From NCBI GenBank assembly GCA_045802455.1, contig JBJMQX010000154.1:6925-70924 (forward strand): 64,000 bases of DNA. Direction: 5' to 3'. Each line of letters opens with the position of its first letter. Position 1 is the first letter of the stretch. The position numbers and the translations under genes were made by a program. The notes below the pieces were generated by a model, which was given only the letters and a program-made list of their open reading frames with translations, was not told where the DNA came from and did no database searches. Below are positions 61,863 to 64,000 of this stretch, one piece after another. Source of the DNA: Phenylobacterium sp. (GTDB taxonomy: Bacteria > Pseudomonadota > Alphaproteobacteria > Caulobacterales > Caulobacteraceae).

Positions 61863-62555
61863 CTAGGCCGGATACTGGTCGGCGGCGCCGGGCGCCGGGC
61901 GGTCGGCGGGTTGAGCGGGGCTCGCGCCGGGCGCGGGATACCGGAAGCCCTCGCCGTGGCCGTTGCTGGCGGCGAGCTGGCGGGCGGCGAAGTCCCAGTT
62001 CGCGGTCTCGTTCACCCAGCGCTCGAGGAACGCCTGCCGGTCGTTCTGATAATCCAGGTAGTAGGCGTGCTCCCAGAGGTCGCAGACCAGGAGCGGGAAG
62101 AGCCCGTCCCTGACCAGGGTGTCGTCGGCGTCGTGGGTGGAGATCACCTTCAGGCGGTCGGAGCCCGCAACCAGCCACACCCAGCCCGAGGCGAAGTGGC
62201 CGACGCCTTCCTCGACGAAGGCGTCCTTGAAGGCGTCGAGGCCGCCGAACGCCCGCTCGATGGCTTGGGCGAGCTTGCCCGAGGGCGCGCCGCGGTCCGG
62301 CGTCATGCAGTTCCAGAAGAAAGCGTGGTTCCAGGCCTGGGCAGCGTTGTTGAACAGAGTCTTGTCGCCCGTGCTGGAGGCCTGGCGGACGAGGTCCTCC
62401 AGGCTCCGGTCCTGCAGGCCGGCCTTCGCGGCGAGCGCGTTGGTCTTTTCGACGTAGGCCCTGTGGTGTTTGTCGTGGTGGAACTGGAGCGTGTCGGCCG
62501 AGACGGCGGGCTCCAGCGCGTCATAGGGGTAGGGAAGGTCCGGCAGCATGAACAT
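61863..62555 (-). CDS. sodB: Fe/Mn superoxide dismutase with a ~35-aa Pro/Ala-rich C-terminal tail
   Basis: Start moved to MFMLPDLPYPYDALEP. HHDKHH, DLWEHAYYLDYQN. Confidence 0.95.
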   Translation of the reverse strand: MFMLPDLPYPYDALEPAVSADTLQFHHDKHHRAYVEKTNALAAKAGLQDRSLEDLVRQASSTGDKTLFNNAAQAWNHAFFWNCMTPDRGAPSGKLAQAIERAFGGLDAFKDAFVEEGVGHFASGWVWLVAGSDRLKVISTHDADDTLVRDGLFPLLVCDLWEHAYYLDYQNDRQAFLERWVNETANWDFAARQLAASNGHGEGFRYPAPGASPAQPADRPAPGAADQYPA

Positions 62556-62614
62556 GGGGAAAGACCCTTTCTCGTGGGTCCTCCCCAACCGTCCCGCGCC
62601 GCGCGGGTTCCGGG

Positions 62615-63076
62615 TCAGTTCGAAGGAAGCGCCGTGGAGGCCTGGCCGAAGGCGTAGCGCCAGCCGGCCGGCGTGCGCACGTAGGTGTCCGAGAACCACA
62701 GCCTGCGGTCGAAGGCGCCCGAGCCGTCAGGGCTCGCGCCCTTCAGCCAGAGGCGCGCAGTGACCACGGCGGTATCGCCATAGACCCGCACCGTCTGGGT
62801 TCCGGGGTCTTCGTCCTGGCGCTCGTAGACCGCCTGGCGGTCGCGCGCCGACTTCAGCAGCGCCTCGCGGGAGACCACGCTTCCGCTGCCGACCACCAGC
62901 ACGAAATCCGGATGAAGGATCGCGGCCATGGCCTTGGCGTCGTTGATCTTTACGGCCGCTTGATAGGCGACGTCGAGCGCGCCGACAGCGGCGGCGTCCT
63001 TGGCGACGTTCTGGGCCGCGGTGGGAGTCTTCGCAGCGCCGGCCACAAGCGCGGCGGCGAGTAACAGGCCTAGCAT
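62615..63076 (-). CDS. Secreted NTF2-fold (SnoaL/DUF4440-like) protein
   Basis: Signal peptide MLGLLLAAALVAGAA. Contains LDVAYQAAVKINDAKAMAAILHPDFVLV. Confidence 0.7.
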   Translation of the reverse strand: MLGLLLAAALVAGAAKTPTAAQNVAKDAAAVGALDVAYQAAVKINDAKAMAAILHPDFVLVVGSGSVVSREALLKSARDRQAVYERQDEDPGTQTVRVYGDTAVVTARLWLKGASPDGSGAFDRRLWFSDTYVRTPAGWRYAFGQASTALPSN

Positions 63077-63171
63077 CTTCAGAGAGTCCCGCGGTTGTCG
63101 TGGACCCGTGATAGCTCAGCCGTGGGCCGGAGGCTCGCGGCTATCGGACATGATAGGCGCGGTCGCCGTCC

Positions 63172-63597
63172 TCAGCGGCGCATGGAGATCAGCTCGATCT
63201 CGCGGCCTTCCGGGTCGCGCACGAAGCCCACCCGCATGGCGTCGGTGTCCCAGGGCTCGCGGTGCGGCGCGGCGCCCTCGGCCACCGCATGGGCGTAGGC
63301 GGCGTCCACGTCGCGGACGTAGAGCCCGAGCGGCCCGTGCGCGCTGCCGACGGCGACGCTGCGGCCGTCCTTGTAGCCATAGAGGATGAGCATGAAACCG
63401 GCGTCTTCGCCGGCCCGGCGCATGAGCAGCTCGGTGGCGTCCTCCAGGTCGACGGTCTGGGTGACCGCCAGGCCGAAGGCGCGCTCGTAGAACCGGCGCA
63501 TCGCGGCCAGATCCTGCACCACGAACTTGACGAAGCCGAACCGGACCGAGGGGGCAAACGCGGTCTTGACGCTGGGGGCGCCGGCGGTGTCGGTCAT
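63172..63597 (-). CDS. VOC (glyoxalase) family protein
   Basis: FGFVKFVVQDLAAMRRFYERAFGL...REIELISM. Confidence 0.85.
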   Translation of the reverse strand: MTDTAGAPSVKTAFAPSVRFGFVKFVVQDLAAMRRFYERAFGLAVTQTVDLEDATELLMRRAGEDAGFMLILYGYKDGRSVAVGSAHGPLGLYVRDVDAAYAHAVAEGAAPHREPWDTDAMRVGFVRDPEGREIELISMRR

Positions 63598-63650
63598 GGT
63601 GCGATCCTCCGGTTGAGGCGAACCATCCTGCGCCTGCCGAAGCCGCCCGG

Positions 63651-64000
63651 CTAGGGAAATGGCAGGTCCGCGAGCGCCTCGGGGAGCAACCGGGCGACCA
63701 CGGCGGCGACCACGGCCTGGCCGACGGCGTCGGCGATGAAGTCCTGGCGGATCTCCAGCTCCAGGTAGTCGAGCCCGCGCCCACCCGCGTGCAGAGGCAC
63801 GGTGAAGTCGACCTCGTCCATGCGGTAAGGCTGGTTGTCCCCCACCAGCGCGTCACCGAATTCGGCGCGCAGCCGGGCCAGCACCGCCCGGGAGAAGGCC
63901 GAGTCCTCGGCATGCAGCACCCCGAACCGCCAGGGCCGGTCGAAGTCCGCCATGCGCGGTGTGAAGGAATGCAGGGCGACGAGCGTCGTCGGCAGGCCGC
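63651..64000 (-). CDS. N-formylglutamate amidohydrolase family protein, 5' part beyond the right edge
   Basis: The reading frame stays open to the window edge (...LPTTLVALHSFTPRMADFDRPWRFGVLHAED...YLELEIRQD). Confidence 0.75.
   Translation of the reverse strand, partial: GLPTTLVALHSFTPRMADFDRPWRFGVLHAEDSAFSRAVLARLRAEFGDALVGDNQPYRMDEVDFTVPLHAGGRGLDYLELEIRQDFIADAVGQAVVAAVVARLLPEALADLPFP

Noticed and set aside
62587-62611. Near-match GGAAC-N16-GGTT upstream of sodB (minus strand)
   Set aside because: The -10 element is GGTT rather than the CGTT consensus. The geometry is plausible, but the sequence evidence is insufficient.
61772-64000. Genomic island integrated at tRNA-Leu
   Set aside because: No integrase, no repeat of the tRNA 3' end and no compositional break. 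The downstream genes (sodB, NTF2-like, VOC, FGase) look like ordinary chromosomal genes.
1-64000. CRISPR arrays, rRNA genes, IS elements or transposases, prophage blocks, known defence systems (restriction-modification, CBASS, retrons, Abi, toxin ATPases)
   Set aside because: I saw no regularly spaced direct repeats, no rRNA-like sequence, and no transposase, integrase or reverse-transcriptase motifs in any frame. The only repeats are the hairpin, inverted-repeat and GC-rich elements reported above. The DUF559 and RadC genes are isolated, with no partner genes suggesting a defence module.

Overview
This is a very GC-rich, gene-dense chromosomal window with an alphaproteobacterial look. The cues are HWE histidine kinases, a PEPxxWA-CTERM protein, Spinster-like MFS paralogues, many TonB-dependent receptors, and DUF6894/DUF6481-type small proteins. 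Lineage is inference only. I found no rRNA, CRISPR array, transposase, integrase or recognisable defence system. There is one tRNA, Leu with anticodon TAA, at 61772..61855. About 70 CDS can be supported. Many long ORFs in the track are antisense or out-of-frame shadows typical of high-GC DNA, and they are rejected below. Where an internal Met with a better context existed, I moved the start by codon counting from the track coordinates.

Main blocks:
- 1796-9259: a TetR-linked TonB receptor, VOC, cyclase and LLM-monooxygenase locus. One operator-like palindrome occurs in two separate promoter regions.
- 9457-17488: miscellaneous genes, including a six-blade NHL/M23 fusion protein.
- 18528-21752: a KdpD-like/KdpE-like pair and an HWE kinase.
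- 21761-25268: an island of small ORFs on both strands around a cold-shock gene.
- 28601-32646: a FecI-FecR-FecA-type module. The receptor signal peptide has no canonical in-frame start.
- 33600-35942: Crp, Crp, DUF6894 and a receiver protein.
- 36091-39963: phosphate transport genes.
- 47176-50299: housekeeping genes (map, plsY, sfsA, cinA-like).
- 50651-51624: two tandem hairpin elements and an orphan ParA.
- 51719-59006: an AraC-linked operon of an AurF-like di-iron oxygenase, a group II PLP decarboxylase and a CysK-like/glutaredoxin fusion, then MAPEG, cupin and amine-oxidase genes.

The best candidate for an undescribed system is the oxygenase/decarboxylase/CysK-Grx operon. Next are the packed micro-ORF string downstream of the cold-shock gene and the non-coding hairpin and inverted-repeat elements.

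All family names come from motif recognition by eye. No database search was run.
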